A DNA stretch of 64,000 bases from an uncultured Chthonomonadaceae bacterium (GCA_963835065.1 CAWIEK010000034.1:1-64000); one strand, 5' to 3'; positions 40,627 to 50,439 are shown, counted from the first letter of the stretch. The notes: generated by a model not told the origin, from the letters alone. A program made the numbers and translations.

Positions 40627-41489
40627 CATTCCATTTCTGCCGTAATCTTCCATTGTGCCAGCAGTTGCGGCTCGACGAAGGTGAGGGGGAAGCGCTGCGC
40701 CAGTCGGACGGCGGCGGGCGTGAAACCGTTTCTGCCGATGAGGTAGGCGCGATCCGCGTCCGCCTGTTGTCGCGCCTGTTCCAACGCTTCCACGTCCACG
40801 ACGGCTACGGGGGTATCTTCGGCTGCGAACTGCGCGATTTCAAGGCGGTTATCCGGCAGGGGCGCAAAGCGCAGCAAAGAAGTATTGCTGTCAAAAGTGT
40901 TGCTGCCGTTTTTGGTTGCGCTGTCGCGCTTGTCAGACGGTTGCAGGCCACGTAACGCAAAAATGGCTTCCACTTCGGCGCGGAACGAAAGAGTATCCAG
41001 GCATTGCAGACATTCCGCTTCAGTGGCGACCTGCGCAAAGCGAGAAGCGCGCTGCGCGTTTTCAAACGTCGCGCGTTCCACTTGCGCCTGCCGCTCTGCC
41101 TGTCGTTGTTGTTCGTGTGCCTGCTTCGCCTGCGCCTGCGCGGTTTTGTGCCGTTGCCGCCGGGTTTGCTGTTCGGTTTGACGCGCCTGCCGCTTGATCT
41201 TCTGCGCGGCCTGCATTTCGGCGCGTACTTCGGCTTTTTGCAGGTCTTGCCGCCGCAAACGCCGATGGCGCAGCCACCGCGCCACTTCCCACGCGCAGCC
41301 GCTCGCTCCCAACACCGCGCCCATTGCGCCCGCGCCTCGCGTTGCCGGCACAAGCCCCGCCAAGCCCGCCAAGCCCGCCAACAGCACAACAACCCACAGC
41401 GCCAAAACGCGCCAATCGTTTCTTGATTGTGGCGCTTTTGGCGTGGGCTTGCTGTCCCCCATTTGAACTTGTAAGCGAATTGCGCGCAT
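40626..41489 (-). CDS. Membrane-anchored coiled-coil protein with degenerate Mrr-like domain
   Basis: Two TM helices, Q/R/A-rich coil, then F.AEVEAIFALRG...V.V.DV..L...GFTPAA..LA. Confidence 0.55.
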   Translation of the reverse strand: MRAIRLQVQMGDSKPTPKAPQSRNDWRVLALWVVVLLAGLAGLAGLVPATRGAGAMGAVLGASGCAWEVARWLRHRRLRRQDLQKAEVRAEMQAAQKIKRQARQTEQQTRRQRHKTAQAQAKQAHEQQRQAERQAQVERATFENAQRASRFAQVATEAECLQCLDTLSFRAEVEAIFALRGLQPSDKRDSATKNGSNTFDSNTSLLRFAPLPDNRLEIAQFAAEDTPVAVVDVEALEQARQQADADRAYLIGRNGFTPAAVRLAQRFPLTFVEPQLLAQWKITAEME

Positions 41490-41558
41490 GAACATATAAC
41501 GCCAGGGAGGAGGCAGAACCAGTTTAGCGTCTGCCTCCCTTAAAACCCTAACATCCTG

Positions 41559-42221
41559 CTAATGGAAGAATCTCACGCCGAAACTTGCGCCGTCCGTATC
41601 AATAGAGTGAATCTGCTGATTGACACGGTAGCTGCCGTAAAGCGTGATGTAGCGCAGGGGATACTCGACCCCAACGCTGATGCTCGGCGCGAAGTTGGAG
41701 CGGTCGAAGCCCGGATTGGCGGTAATGGAGCGCGCCCGCCCCAGAAACAGCCCGCCCGAAACGAACGGCGTGATGCGATTGACCACGCGCCGCGTGGAAA
41801 CTTTGAAGGCCGGACCGATCAAGCCGAATTCGTTGCCGCCCTCAAACGGGAAAAAGTGGTCGTTGGCGGACACGATTTCCAGCCCACCTGTGACATCAAA
41901 GAGCGGAAAGTGTTTTGGTTTGGCGAAAATCTGCGTGTCACCGTAAAACTTGGGTGTGCCAAGTGCGCGAGTGGCGGTGCGATCCGTAAAGTAGTAGCCG
42001 CCCACGCTGAAAAACCCGGCAACCGTGCGTATCAACGGGCTGATAACCGACTGGCTGCCGCTTGCCGCCTGGCCGGGCGACGTGACATGCGCGAACAGGT
42101 CTTCGCGCTCAGAAATGGACTGCGCAAACGCGGAAGGCGCGGCGCCCAGCATCGCCAGCATCAATGCCGGCATGGCAAGGCGCGCAGCAAAACTTTTGAA
42201 GGGCAGGGTATAAGACAGCAT
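41559..42221 (-). CDS. Small outer-membrane beta-barrel protein
   Basis: RBS AGGAG; signal peptide ending AFA-Q; PFVSGG, SVGVEY and terminal FGVRFF. Confidence 0.6.
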   Translation of the reverse strand: MLSYTLPFKSFAARLAMPALMLAMLGAAPSAFAQSISEREDLFAHVTSPGQAASGSQSVISPLIRTVAGFFSVGGYYFTDRTATRALGTPKFYGDTQIFAKPKHFPLFDVTGGLEIVSANDHFFPFEGGNEFGLIGPAFKVSTRRVVNRITPFVSGGLFLGRARSITANPGFDRSNFAPSISVGVEYPLRYITLYGSYRVNQQIHSIDTDGASFGVRFFH

Positions 42222-42511
42222 ACGACTTGATCTCCTGAGAAAGATAATCTCCTGACAATCCGATGCAAAGGTTTGAAAACCTCCTATGATTGTGCCACAA
42301 AACCCGGTGAAAAAACGCTGTCTGACGCGCGCTGTTCCAAAGAATTGCGCGCCCCTGTTCGCCAGCCTGCGCGCGGCTTGCTTTCCCCTGTAGTTTTGGG
42401 GTACATTAGAAGGGTTTGCGCGGCGCAAGGGCTTGCGCCGCGCCTGATCCTGCGCCCGATACGAGCGCGAATTTCTCTTTGCGCGGAATTACAAGCGCAT
42501 ATCCGAACTAT

Positions 42512-42595
42512 TCACACACTGGCGGCAGAACGGTCGGCGGGTGAGAAAACAACCATTTTCTTAACCGGCTTATGGCGAAGCGTCAGGAGGAGGCG
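42512..42595 (+). promoter_or_regulatory. Probable rpsB (S2 autoregulatory, t44-like) leader
   Basis: CACAC...GGGTG...GGAGG arrangement upstream of rpsB; structure not verified. Confidence 0.4.
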
Positions 42596-42601
42596 GGGAA
42601 A

Positions 42602-42719
42602 TGATGAGTGATGAGTGATGAGTGATGAATAAAAACCATTGACGTCTGAGTTGTTCGCAGCGTAAGACTGGTAAGAACTAATGTCTTTGTATTCATCACT
42701 CATCATTCATCACTCATCG
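42602..42719. repeat. Inverted heptamer repeats (GATGAGT)n/(ACTCATC)n in the rpsB 5' region
   Basis: Same unit as the inner arms at 3381-3448. Confidence 0.85.
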
Positions 42720-42749
42720 TTCTGCCTACAACCCAACGGAGGAACGATA

Positions 42750-43658
42750 GTGGCATCCCTTTCGATGAAAGAACTGTTGGAAGCGGGCGTTCACTTCGGG
42801 CATCAGACCCGGAGATGGAACCCCAAAATGAAGCGCTACATTTATGGCGCGCGCAACGGCATTTACATTGTGGACCTGCACCAGACCTTGAAACTATTCG
42901 ATGAAGCGCAGCGCTTTGTGCAGGAAATCATCGCGGACGGCGGCAAAGTGCTGTTCGTCGGAACCAAGAAGCAGGCGCAGGACGCGATTTCCGAGTCCGC
43001 CGTGCGCTGCCGCCAGTATTTCGTCAATCAGCGCTGGCTCGGCGGCATGCTGACCAACTACACGACCATTCGCGGGCGCGTCAAGCGATTGGCCGAACTC
43101 AACGAAATGCAGGCCAACGGCACGTTCGACCGGCTGACCAAAAAGGAAGCCGCCCTGCTTACCGAACAGCGCGACAAGCTGGAACGGTACCTGGGCGGTA
43201 TCAAAGAAATGCCGCAGTTGCCCGACTGCCTGATTATCATAGACTGCAAAAAAGAGCATCTGGCGATTGCGGAAGCGCGGCGGCTGGAAATCCCCATTGT
43301 CGCGCTCGTGGATACCAACTGCGACCCGGACGAGATTGACTACGTAATCCCCGGCAACGACGACGCCATTCGCGCCATCAAGCTGATCGCCGGCAAACTG
43401 GCCGACGCCATTGCCGAAATCAAGCAGGCCGAATGGGACGCGGAAGAAGAAGCGCGACTGGCTTCCCTCCCGCCTTCCGAAGAGGAAGCGCCTGAAAAAC
43501 CGGACGTGGACGCGCTGTTCGCCGAGCCGACGATTACAACAGTGGATTTGCCCGCGCCGCCTGCGGATGGCGACTTCGTGTTCCGCCCCGGCGTGGACGA
43601 CGAATACTCCCGCATGGGCGCGGACGATCTGGAGCCGATTGCGACTGTGGAGCGGTAG
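42750..43658 (+). CDS. rpsB: 30S ribosomal protein S2
   Basis: GTG start after [33 protein letters not shown] and IPGNDDAIR. Confidence 0.97.
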   Translation: MASLSMKELLEAGVHFGHQTRRWNPKMKRYIYGARNGIYIVDLHQTLKLFDEAQRFVQEIIADGGKVLFVGTKKQAQDAISESAVRCRQYFVNQRWLGGMLTNYTTIRGRVKRLAELNEMQANGTFDRLTKKEAALLTEQRDKLERYLGGIKEMPQLPDCLIIIDCKKEHLAIAEARRLEIPIVALVDTNCDPDEIDYVIPGNDDAIRAIKLIAGKLADAIAEIKQAEWDAEEEARLASLPPSEEEAPEKPDVDALFAEPTITTVDLPAPPADGDFVFRPGVDDEYSRMGADDLEPIATVER

Positions 43659-43824
43659 TGCAGCAGGTGGTTGGTGATTGAGGTGGTTAGGGGTGATGGC
43701 ACTGAAACTTAGTCTTTGCAGATATTGCTGTCTTGTGTGATTGCGGTACGGGCAGGCAGCTGGAGGCAGTTCCAGTCACCTAATCACCAACCACCAGACC
43801 CCAGATGTGGAAAGGGTAACGAAA

Positions 43825-44742
43825 ATGGCAGAGATTTCGGCGAAGGCCGTGATGGAACTGCGCGAGCGCACGGGCGCGGGCATGATGGACTGCAAGGCCG
43901 CGCTGAAAGAGACGAATGGCGACTTCGACGAAGCCGTCAAGGCGCTGCGTATCAAAATGGGCAACAAGCTGACCAACCAGGGCAAACGGGCGGCGGCGGA
44001 AGGCATTATCGCGGTTGTCGTGCTGGACAATCAGGACGCCGCGATTATAGAACTGAATTCGGAAACCGATTTCGTGGCGCGCAGCGAGGACTTCAAGGCG
44101 CTGGCGCGGGAATTGGCCGAACAAGTCGCGCGCTCCAAAGGCCACAGCGTGGAAACCGTGTTGACGCAGGAGTCGCATGTGCAGCCCGGCGTGACGGTGC
44201 AGGAGCGGCTCAACGACGTATTCACCAAACTGCGCGAAAACATTATCTTCAAGCGGTTTGAATTCATCTCGACGGCGGAAAACGGCGCGGTTGCGGGCTA
44301 TGTGCATCTGGCCGCAGCGGACAAACTCGGCGTTCTGGTGGAAGTGGAAGCGGATTCCCCCGAAGCCGCGAAAAGCGACGCGGTTCTGAATCTGGCGAAA
44401 GAACTCGCGATGCAGATCGCCGCGTCCCGCCCACGCTATACGACCCGCGACGAAGTGCCCGCGAATGTTTTGGACACGGAGCGCGAAATCGCCCGCACCA
44501 CCGCGCAGAACGATGGCAAGCCGGAAGCCGCAATGGACAAGATCGTGGAAGGCCGCGTTCGCAAGTTCTACGAGGAAGCGGTTCTGCTGGATCAGCCGTA
44601 CCTGCGCGAACCGAAGAAAACCGTTGCGCAAGTCATCAAAGAGGCCGGCGCGGGCGTGACGCTGAAGCGCTTCGTGCGCTACGAAGTCGGCCAGGTGACG
44701 GGCGTGGAAACCAGTGGCGACATCAAGGCGACGGTGGAATAA
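43825..44742 (+). CDS. tsf: Elongation factor Ts
   Basis: LRERTGAGMMDCKAAL and ELNSETDFVA. Confidence 0.97.
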   Translation: MAEISAKAVMELRERTGAGMMDCKAALKETNGDFDEAVKALRIKMGNKLTNQGKRAAAEGIIAVVVLDNQDAAIIELNSETDFVARSEDFKALARELAEQVARSKGHSVETVLTQESHVQPGVTVQERLNDVFTKLRENIIFKRFEFISTAENGAVAGYVHLAAADKLGVLVEVEADSPEAAKSDAVLNLAKELAMQIAASRPRYTTRDEVPANVLDTEREIARTTAQNDGKPEAAMDKIVEGRVRKFYEEAVLLDQPYLREPKKTVAQVIKEAGAGVTLKRFVRYEVGQVTGVETSGDIKATVE

Positions 44743-44813
44743 TGGATGATTCGGATTCTCAATCCGGCTCAACATTCATTCAAGCGTCTCCTCTGAGAAA
44801 CAACACAGCATAA

Positions 44814-44855
44814 CAGGAAGGCGCTGGCGGAATCATTTCTGCCAGCGCCTTCCTG
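44814..44855 (+). terminator. Strong hairpin between tsf and pyrH
   Basis: CAGGAAGGCGCTGGCGGAA pairs with TTCTGCCAGCGCCTTCCTG; no U-tract. Confidence 0.5.
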
Positions 44856-44885
44856 CTGTCAAAATAGGCGGGAAGAGAGTAGGAC

Positions 44886-45710
44886 ATGAGCGACAATACC
44901 ACTGAAGTTATCAATACTGGCGCAAGCGCCGCCGAACCGCCGCGCACTTCTGGCTTGCGCTGGAAGCGGGTTTTGCTGAAACTGTCCGGCGAGGCATTTG
45001 CGGCGGAACACGGCGTGAGCGAAAACGCGGGACGCGAAATGAGTACCACTCCCCGCGTCGGCCTGAATTATGGAACCATCCGCGCCATCGCTGCTGAAGT
45101 CGTTCAAGCGCACCATGCGGGCGTGGAAATCGCCATTGTGATCGGCGCGGGCAACATCGTGCGGGGTGAACGCGCAGCCGAAGCGGGCATGGAGCGGGCG
45201 GCTGCCGATTATATGGGCATGTTGGGTACGGTCATCAACAGCATGGCCTTGCAGGACGCATTGGAAAAGCAGGGCGTCCCGACCCGCGTGATGAGCGCGA
45301 TTGCCATGTCGGAAGTGGCCGAGCCGTTTATCCGCCGCCGCGCCATCCGGCATCTGGAAAAAGGCCGCGTGGTCGTCTTAGCGGGCGGAACCGGCAACCC
45401 CTTCTTCACAACCGACACCGCCGCCGCCCTGCGCGCCAATGAAATCCGGGCGGGCGCAGTGCTGAAAGCCACGAACGTAGACGGTGTTTACGACAAAGAC
45501 CCGCGCAAATTTGCCGATGCGAAGCGCCATACCCGCGTCACGTATGACGAGTGCATCTCCAACAACCTGCGCGTGATGGATCAAACCGCGTTTACTTTTT
45601 GCCGCGAATACGACATTCCCATCGTGGTCTTCGACATCGCCCAATCCGGCAACATCCGCCGCGTGGTCATGGGCGACAACATCGGCACTCTCGTCAGCAG
45701 GGGAGCGTAG
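44886..45710 (+). CDS. pyrH: Uridylate kinase
   Basis: [25 protein letters not shown] and VDGVYDKDP. Confidence 0.97.
   Translation: MSDNTTEVINTGASAAEPPRTSGLRWKRVLLKLSGEAFAAEHGVSENAGREMSTTPRVGLNYGTIRAIAAEVVQAHHAGVEIAIVIGAGNIVRGERAAEAGMERAAADYMGMLGTVINSMALQDALEKQGVPTRVMSAIAMSEVAEPFIRRRAIRHLEKGRVVVLAGGTGNPFFTTDTAAALRANEIRAGAVLKATNVDGVYDKDPRKFADAKRHTRVTYDECISNNLRVMDQTAFTFCREYDIPIVVFDIAQSGNIRRVVMGDNIGTLVSRGA
45665..45700 (+). repeat. Direct repeat R1, copy 1 (pyrH 3' end)
   Basis: GGTCATGGGCGACAACATCGGCACTCTCGTCAGCAG, identical to 48198-48233. Confidence 0.95.
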
Positions 45711-45872
45711 TTTCCGGTTCACCACAGAGACACCGAGACACAGAGGATTCACAGAGGGAATGGCGAACAAAGGAGAACAAAGAGGGTAGTTTCGTTTGTG
45801 TGCGGCTATGCCTCATGTAAACCTCTGGCGTGGTTGTGTCGTATGTCAGGCAACAGTGGGAAGAAGGATGTT

Positions 45873-46397
45873 ATGAGCGTCACAAAAGATTTCATTCGGC
45901 AGCCGTCGCTGTCTTCACGAGAGATAGAGCAGGCTGTTGCCATTGCCATTGCCGTTGTAGAAACAAGCCCTCTGCTGCGCCCCCCGCGAATGGTGGAGCA
46001 GCGTACAAATGCTTTTGCCGCATGGCTTGAGGAATGGCGAAACAAGTTTGCGCCTTTCATCGCGTCGGCTTTGCGTTGTGAAGCCGCCGAGGTGTTTGCC
46101 GATATGCCGGACAGCGTTTTAGCGGAAGTTGTGGCGCGGCAGATTTGGCCCGGTGTTGTGCCCCTCCTGCAATCCGTTGCCATTGATTATCAGGCAGGCG
46201 AATGGGGGCGCAGGCATTTCGGGGACGCGACAATGTACTATACGGCCATTCAGGAAAACGGTCGCTGGCGCGTCCCGATTGGCATAGCGCGCAGAGAAGG
46301 AATACAGGGCCAGATTGTATTAGATACAGACGGCAACGTCATTGAAAGCCTGACATCAACAAAGGCGCAACTTTTAGAGAAACTCCGTGATAACTAA
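45873..46397 (+). CDS. Hypothetical protein A1 (paralog of 48264-48857)
   Basis: Shares NAFA.WL, WGR...GD, WRV..GIA and GQI.LD.DGN with A2. Confidence 0.75.
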   Translation: MSVTKDFIRQPSLSSREIEQAVAIAIAVVETSPLLRPPRMVEQRTNAFAAWLEEWRNKFAPFIASALRCEAAEVFADMPDSVLAEVVARQIWPGVVPLLQSVAIDYQAGEWGRRHFGDATMYYTAIQENGRWRVPIGIARREGIQGQIVLDTDGNVIESLTSTKAQLLEKLRDN

Positions 46398-46875
46398 CTT
46401 TCCTCTGCTGCAACAGCGTCCGGGCAGTAACAGGTGTTTATCAACAGCAGTTCGCGTGGTGTTACTGTGGTCTGGCGAACAGGTAACAGCAGATGAGGTT
46501 TCCGAATGGTGCGCTGAAGACACCTATGGACGCGTATTGGATTTGGCAATAGGGGGATTACGCGATGCAGGTTTCGACGTTCAGGAGTTGACAGCGCCCA
46601 CAGAGGAAGAAGCGCAGGAATTGTTACGCGCCTCGGTCATGGATGAAGAGGAACCGCATCCTGTTATCGTCACGCTGCGAAATCAATTGTCGCCCGCGCG
46701 TCTGGATCACGCTGTCGTGTTGGTCGGCGTTGAGCAAATATTTACGCTCACAGGCGAACGTGAAACAGTGACGTTCATGGACCCAGTGACCGGACGCCTG
46801 GAACAGGACACAACGGGAACATTCTGGCGGCAATGGGAATTCGCCGGACGACGCGCCTACATCATTCAGCCTTGA
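46387..46875 (+). CDS. C39-like cysteine peptidase B1
   Basis: Q...RCL, PVIV, DHAVV and MDP papain-fold residues; overlaps the A1 stop; no signal peptide. Confidence 0.75.
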   Translation: MITNFPLLQQRPGSNRCLSTAVRVVLLWSGEQVTADEVSEWCAEDTYGRVLDLAIGGLRDAGFDVQELTAPTEEEAQELLRASVMDEEEPHPVIVTLRNQLSPARLDHAVVLVGVEQIFTLTGERETVTFMDPVTGRLEQDTTGTFWRQWEFAGRRAYIIQP

Positions 46876-46909
46876 TGACGATACCTCGAATTGCCTGAGC
46901 AGCAGTCCT
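46854..46909 (+). repeat. Direct repeat R2, copy 1 (peptidase 3' end plus downstream DNA)
   Basis: CATCATTCAGCCTTGATGA-N7-TCGAATTGCCTGAGCAG, also at 49297-49349. Confidence 0.9.
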
Positions 46910-46930
46910 ATAGACAGAAGGAAGCAGACT

Positions 46931-48112
46931 ATGAGCGGCGGCATTTTTGTACTTCAGGAGAACGGCAGTCTGGTTGAGATGCGGCAGGAGCCTTACAATG
47001 CTGAAGCCGTGCTTCAGCGATTAGTCGAAGAGTATCCTGCTTTGCTGGCAGGCGATCAAATGGACAGTAACGCGCCGCGTAGGTGGCTGCTCGTGAAGCG
47101 CGAAATGGAAGTTCCCGATACCTCCGACAGCAGTGGGCGATGGTATCTGGATCACTTGTTTTTGGATCAGGACGGCATACCAACTCTGGTAGAGGTAAAA
47201 CGCAGCACGGACACGCGCATACGCCGTGAAGTGGTCGGGCAAATGCTGGATTACGCGGCGAACGGCGTGGCGTACTGGCCGGTGGGAACGCTGCAAACCA
47301 ATTTTGTCGCAACCTGGAAAGAGAAAGCAAACCAGAAGTTGGCAGACTTCCTGATGGTGGATGAGAATGATGCCGGTGCTGACAATCTGGACGGATCGGA
47401 TCCAGAAACAAATCCTGCTGTCGAGGCGTTCTGGCAGAAAGTGAGCGCGAACTTGCAGGCCGGGAAACTGCGCCTTTTGTTTGTCGCGGATGAAATACCA
47501 ACGGAACTTCAACGCATTATCGAATTTCTGAACGAGAAAATGGACAGCGTAGAAGTGCTTGGCGTTGAAATCAAGCAGTTCGCCGGACAACAGATGAAAA
47601 CGCTTGTTCCCCGTGTCATCGGGCAGACAGCAAAAGCAGTAACGCAAAAAAGCGCGAACACTATTAGTAGTGGGGGCAGACAATGGAACGAAACAACGTT
47701 CTTTGAGGACATGACAGCCAGAGGCAATGTGGAAGCAAGCAATGCCGCCCGTGCTATCTTCAATTGGGCGCGTTCACAGGGAATTGATGTTTGGTGGGGA
47801 TCGGGCAAACGGTATGGTTCTTGCGTTCCCTATTTTCATCATAAAGAGAGAAGTAATCAGTTATTTGTACTATGGAGCAATGGCTACATAGAATTCTACT
47901 TCCAGCATTTAGGCAACAAGCCGCCATTTAACGACATCACAAAACGCGAGGAACTTCTTGGCAAACTTAACTCCATTGCCAATGTTGATATTCCAAAAAG
48001 CAAAATTGCAAGCCGTCCGAGCGTACCGCTAACGATATTCAGCGAACCGGGAAGCTTGTCACAACTGTTGCAGGTTATGGGCTGGGTGGTTCAGGAAATC
48101 AAAACGTCTTAA
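46931..48112 (+). CDS. NucS/DUF91-like PD-(D/E)XK endonuclease
   Basis: E..LQ, LDHLFLD, LVEVKR and VVGQMLDYA; lower GC toward the 3' end. Confidence 0.7.
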   Translation: MSGGIFVLQENGSLVEMRQEPYNAEAVLQRLVEEYPALLAGDQMDSNAPRRWLLVKREMEVPDTSDSSGRWYLDHLFLDQDGIPTLVEVKRSTDTRIRREVVGQMLDYAANGVAYWPVGTLQTNFVATWKEKANQKLADFLMVDENDAGADNLDGSDPETNPAVEAFWQKVSANLQAGKLRLLFVADEIPTELQRIIEFLNEKMDSVEVLGVEIKQFAGQQMKTLVPRVIGQTAKAVTQKSANTISSGGRQWNETTFFEDMTARGNVEASNAARAIFNWARSQGIDVWWGSGKRYGSCVPYFHHKERSNQLFVLWSNGYIEFYFQHLGNKPPFNDITKREELLGKLNSIANVDIPKSKIASRPSVPLTIFSEPGSLSQLLQVMGWVVQEIKTS

Positions 48113-48197
48113 ACGTAAATTAGCAAAGGAATGGGAACTATGAGCCGAATGGAGGGCTTGTATGAGCGTCTTGCTGCGTTTGGCATAGATAACGCGA

Positions 48198-48233
48198 GGT
48201 CATGGGCGACAACATCGGCACTCTCGTCAGCAG
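48198..48233 (+). repeat. Direct repeat R1, copy 2 (orphan pyrH 3' end encoding [18 protein letters not shown])
   Basis: 36/36 identity with 45665-45700; stop codon at the same relative position. Confidence 0.95.
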
Positions 48234-48263
48234 TTCGGCGTAAACTGTACCAGAGGTGCAAAA

Positions 48264-48857
48264 ATGACAGTGTTAGCAAATATACAAGTGTTGGACGATT
48301 GGCTGGCGGAGCCACAAACTAAAACGGGCTTGCAGCGTTGTGCAGACAATGCCATTGCTGCGATTGACGCAAGCCTGTCTCTGCGCATACCTAAAACCGA
48401 GCAGGAACGGCAAAACGCCTTTGCCGGCTGGCTTGCAGGGTATCGCGCCAAGATTGGCGTCGAACTTCAAAAACAGTTTGCGCGGGAGTTTCCCAGCCTG
48501 TTCCAATGCCTTAGCGAAAACACGATCAAAGAAACTGTTGACAGCTATGTGTGGCCGCTAATCGAGTCGGACGTTCAGAAACGTTTCCAGCAAAGACTCA
48601 TTCCTTATGCCGTGCTAAGTCAGGCAATTGCCTGGGGTCGTAAAAACATAGGAGATGTCGGTCTTTACGGCCAACCTCAGCACGATGGCTGTCTATGGCG
48701 CGTTGCCCTGGGTATTGCGGGATACGGGGAGAATCTGGGGCAAATCACGCTGGACGCGGACGGTAACATTCTCCTGGAACAAACAACAACACGTCAGGAA
48801 CTCCTAAAACATATCCATGATTACCCTTCCGTTCCTGCTGAGGCAGTCAACGCCTAG
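48264..48857 (+). CDS. Hypothetical protein A2 (paralog of A1)
   Basis: RBS GAGGTG; alignable to A1 over most of its length. Confidence 0.75.
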   Translation: MTVLANIQVLDDWLAEPQTKTGLQRCADNAIAAIDASLSLRIPKTEQERQNAFAGWLAGYRAKIGVELQKQFAREFPSLFQCLSENTIKETVDSYVWPLIESDVQKRFQQRLIPYAVLSQAIAWGRKNIGDVGLYGQPQHDGCLWRVALGIAGYGENLGQITLDADGNILLEQTTTRQELLKHIHDYPSVPAEAVNA

Positions 48858-49318
48858 CGGCTGCCTGCCAACGACAATTCGCGCCGTTTTGCTATGGGCG
48901 TTGTGCGAAGAAGCGCCAGAGGATTGCGCAGAAAACCTTGTGTCTGAGCGTAAGATTACTCTGCTATGCCATCAAGACGAAACCGTTATTGGCTGTGATT
49001 GGGACGTTGCTCTGCCGGAGCTGGGACAGGCATACAACGTAGAGGATTTAACGGAAGATGAGGAAGGGATACGAGAAATTTTCCAGAACGTGCGCGAACT
49101 CGCAGCCTGTGATTGTTGTTTTGGGCGATCCTGCCGGCTTCGCAATAGGCACACACGCGGTAGCAATTCTGGACATCATTCCCAACGCGCAGGATACCGA
49201 CGGAGAAACGGTTGTTTTTTACGATCCTGCGCGTGGTGAACTTCGAGAAATGAGAGGCATAGATTTTTGGAGCGCCTGGAGTCTCGGCGGCGAGTACGCC
49301 TTCATCATTCAGCCTTGA
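48817..49318 (+). CDS. C39-like cysteine peptidase B2 (frameshift near 49095)
   Basis: RQ....GCL in 48817-49239; PVIV, THAVAI, YDP, FW..W and IIQP-stop in 49058-49318. Confidence 0.72.
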
Positions 49319-49349
49319 TGATGGTAAATCGAATTGCCTGAGCAGTCCT
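49297..49349 (+). repeat. Direct repeat R2, copy 2
   Basis: Matches 46854-46909. Confidence 0.9.
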
Positions 49350-49400
49350 CATGCGCCAACAACGCGCAGCGTCTAAAAACAGACAGGAGATAAGGCTTAT

Positions 49401-50015
49401 ATGGAGCCATTCATACGCTTAACAGGGATTGCCGCGCCATTGGATCGCGTCAATGTGGATACCGACCAGATTATTCCCAAACAGTTTTTGAAGCGGATCG
49501 AACGCACCGGATTCGGGCAATTTTTGTTTTTCGATTGGCGCTATCGGGAAGACGGCAAAACCCTGAACCCGGATTTTGAATTGAATGTGCCCGCCCTCCA
49601 AGGCGCCAGTATTTTGATTGCCGGGAAAAACTTCGGCTGCGGCTCGTCGCGGGAACACGCGCCCTGGGCCTTGCTGGACTACGGCTTTCGCGCCGTGCTT
49701 GCGCCCTCCTATGCCGATATTTTCTACAACAACTGCTTCAAAAACGGCATCCTGCCTATCGTCCTGCGGGAAGCAACCATTAACGCTCTGCTGGCGAAAG
49801 CGAAAGCCGAGCCGGGCTGCGAATTGACTATTGATCTGGAAAAACAAACGATTACGGACGCGCAGGGGCTGGAAGAACCCTTTGAGGTAGACAGTTTCCG
49901 CCGCCACTGCCTGCTCAACGGACTGGACGACATCGGCCTGTCACTGCAACACGTAGCAGACATCGCCACGTATGAAGCGCAGCGTCCACAGTGGAAGCGG
50001 GGCGTGGCAGTCTAG
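49401..50015 (+). CDS. leuD: 3-isopropylmalate dehydratase small subunit
   Basis: [24 protein letters not shown] and LNGLDDI. Confidence 0.96.
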   Translation: MEPFIRLTGIAAPLDRVNVDTDQIIPKQFLKRIERTGFGQFLFFDWRYREDGKTLNPDFELNVPALQGASILIAGKNFGCGSSREHAPWALLDYGFRAVLAPSYADIFYNNCFKNGILPIVLREATINALLAKAKAEPGCELTIDLEKQTITDAQGLEEPFEVDSFRRHCLLNGLDDIGLSLQHVADIATYEAQRPQWKRGVAV

Positions 50016-50121
50016 TTGATAGTTGAGGGTTGATAGTTGATAGTCACGTTTGCACTTGTTTCCTGGAGCGTCCCTACTAAATCATGCTCCAAAATGATGC
50101 TGTGTCTATCAACTATCAACT
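50014..50121. repeat. Inverted heptamer repeats (AGTTGAT)n/(ATCAACT)n
   Basis: Same unit at 53731-53785 and 63494-63517. Confidence 0.8.
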
Positions 50122-50357
50122 TTTTTGGAAGGCGTCCGCGCTGGTGCCTCTCAGCGCATTTATGCGTATCGTCGGCCCTCTGCCGTCTGCACAAACACCC
50201 GCTGCCGCCACCACGCGAAGGAGCGGCCGCGTGTAAACGCCTTCCATCTGTGTTCTTCCATGCCGCCATACAAAACTGTACACGCAATTATGCCTGTTCT
50301 GATTTATATTTATCTTTTTACATTTTTTCGCTAGCCCTGCGGCTCTGATAAACAAAC

Positions 50358-50391
50358 ATCCCCGACAGAACAATAAAGTTCTGTCGGGGAT
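50358..50391. terminator. Hairpin between convergent genes
   Basis: ATCCCCGACAGAAC-N6-GTTCTGTCGGGGAT perfect stem. Confidence 0.7.
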
Positions 50392-50439
50392 AAACATTAC
50401 AGCAAACCAATTATTAGCCACCAATACCACCACCAATCC

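Noticed and set aside
40477..40746. Phe-rich small membrane protein
   Set aside because: Translation of the pyrimidine half of the MITE-like element.
45711..48197. Prophage, ICE or integron
   Set aside because: No integrase, phage or conjugation genes, and no attC-like palindromes recognised.
50125..50350. Small ORFs after leuD
   Set aside because: No RBS, motif or consistent frame. Possibly a relic, but unsupported.
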